This document shows positions 63,630-64,000 of a stretch of 64,000 bases of DNA, piece after piece. The first letter of the stretch is position 1. Each line of letters opens with the position of its first letter. Position numbers and translations under genes: made by a program. Under the pieces are notes generated by a model, which made no database searches, was not told the origin of the DNA, and saw only the letters and a program-made list of their open reading frames with translations. This DNA comes from Mobula hypostoma (taxonomy: Eukaryota): positions 71,488,001-71,552,000 of the forward strand of contig NC_086108.1 of assembly GCF_963921235.1 (NCBI RefSeq), written 5' to 3'.

Positions 63630-63915
63630 TTCATTCGTCCTCCCAAAGTGCAACACCTCACAATTGCCCAGATTAAACTCCATCTATACTTCTCTGCCCA
63701 TCTGTAACTGTATTCTTTAATAATTCTTTACACTGTCCACAACTCCACTAATTCTGGTGTCATCCACCCATCTACATTTTTATCCATATCATTGATATAT
63801 ATCACAAACGGCGTAGGTCCCAGCAACGATGCTTGCAAAACACCGGTGGTCACAGCCAGAATAACAGCATTCCATCCCTACTGCCTGCTGTAGGCAAGCC
63901 AGTCCTGAATCCAGA
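63630..63915 (-). mobile_element. Old CR1 RT fragment
   Basis: ccaaagtgcaacacctcaca..aaactccatct..ggtgtcatcc is the reverse complement of DDT..MEFN..CEVLHFG. Confidence 0.7.
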
Positions 63916-64000
63916 CTTACATTTCAGAATCAAGTTTATTATCACCGACATGAGTCTTGGAATTTGTTAACCTAGCAGCAGCAGTTAATTCTCTGCTTTA

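Overview
This is eukaryotic vertebrate DNA, not prokaryotic. The repeat repertoire (CR1 with an esterase ORF1, Rex1/Babar, V-SINE/HE1-like SINEs, Penelope pseudo-LTRs) suggests a cartilaginous fish such as a ray or shark, which is an inference. I found no confident host gene: essentially every recognisable ORF is transposon-derived, so the window is probably intronic or intergenic. It is a layered transposon graveyard containing many CR1 and Rex1/Babar LINE fragments (including young families with several near-identical copies), tRNA-derived SINEs, four solo LTRs with target-site duplications (TSDs), a hAT-Charlie element with a perfect 8-bp TSD, an R4/Dong fragment inserted in a (TAA)n tract, and a Penelope GIY-YIG remnant. 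The most notable system is a family of short Penelope-derived elements, often fold-back (palindromic). Their consensus is a minimal type-I hammerhead ribozyme (CAGUC-CUGAUGA-A-GGG..CCC-GAAAC-GUC/GACUG), although every copy in this window is mutated. Family names come from motif recognition by eye, and boundaries of old elements are approximate.
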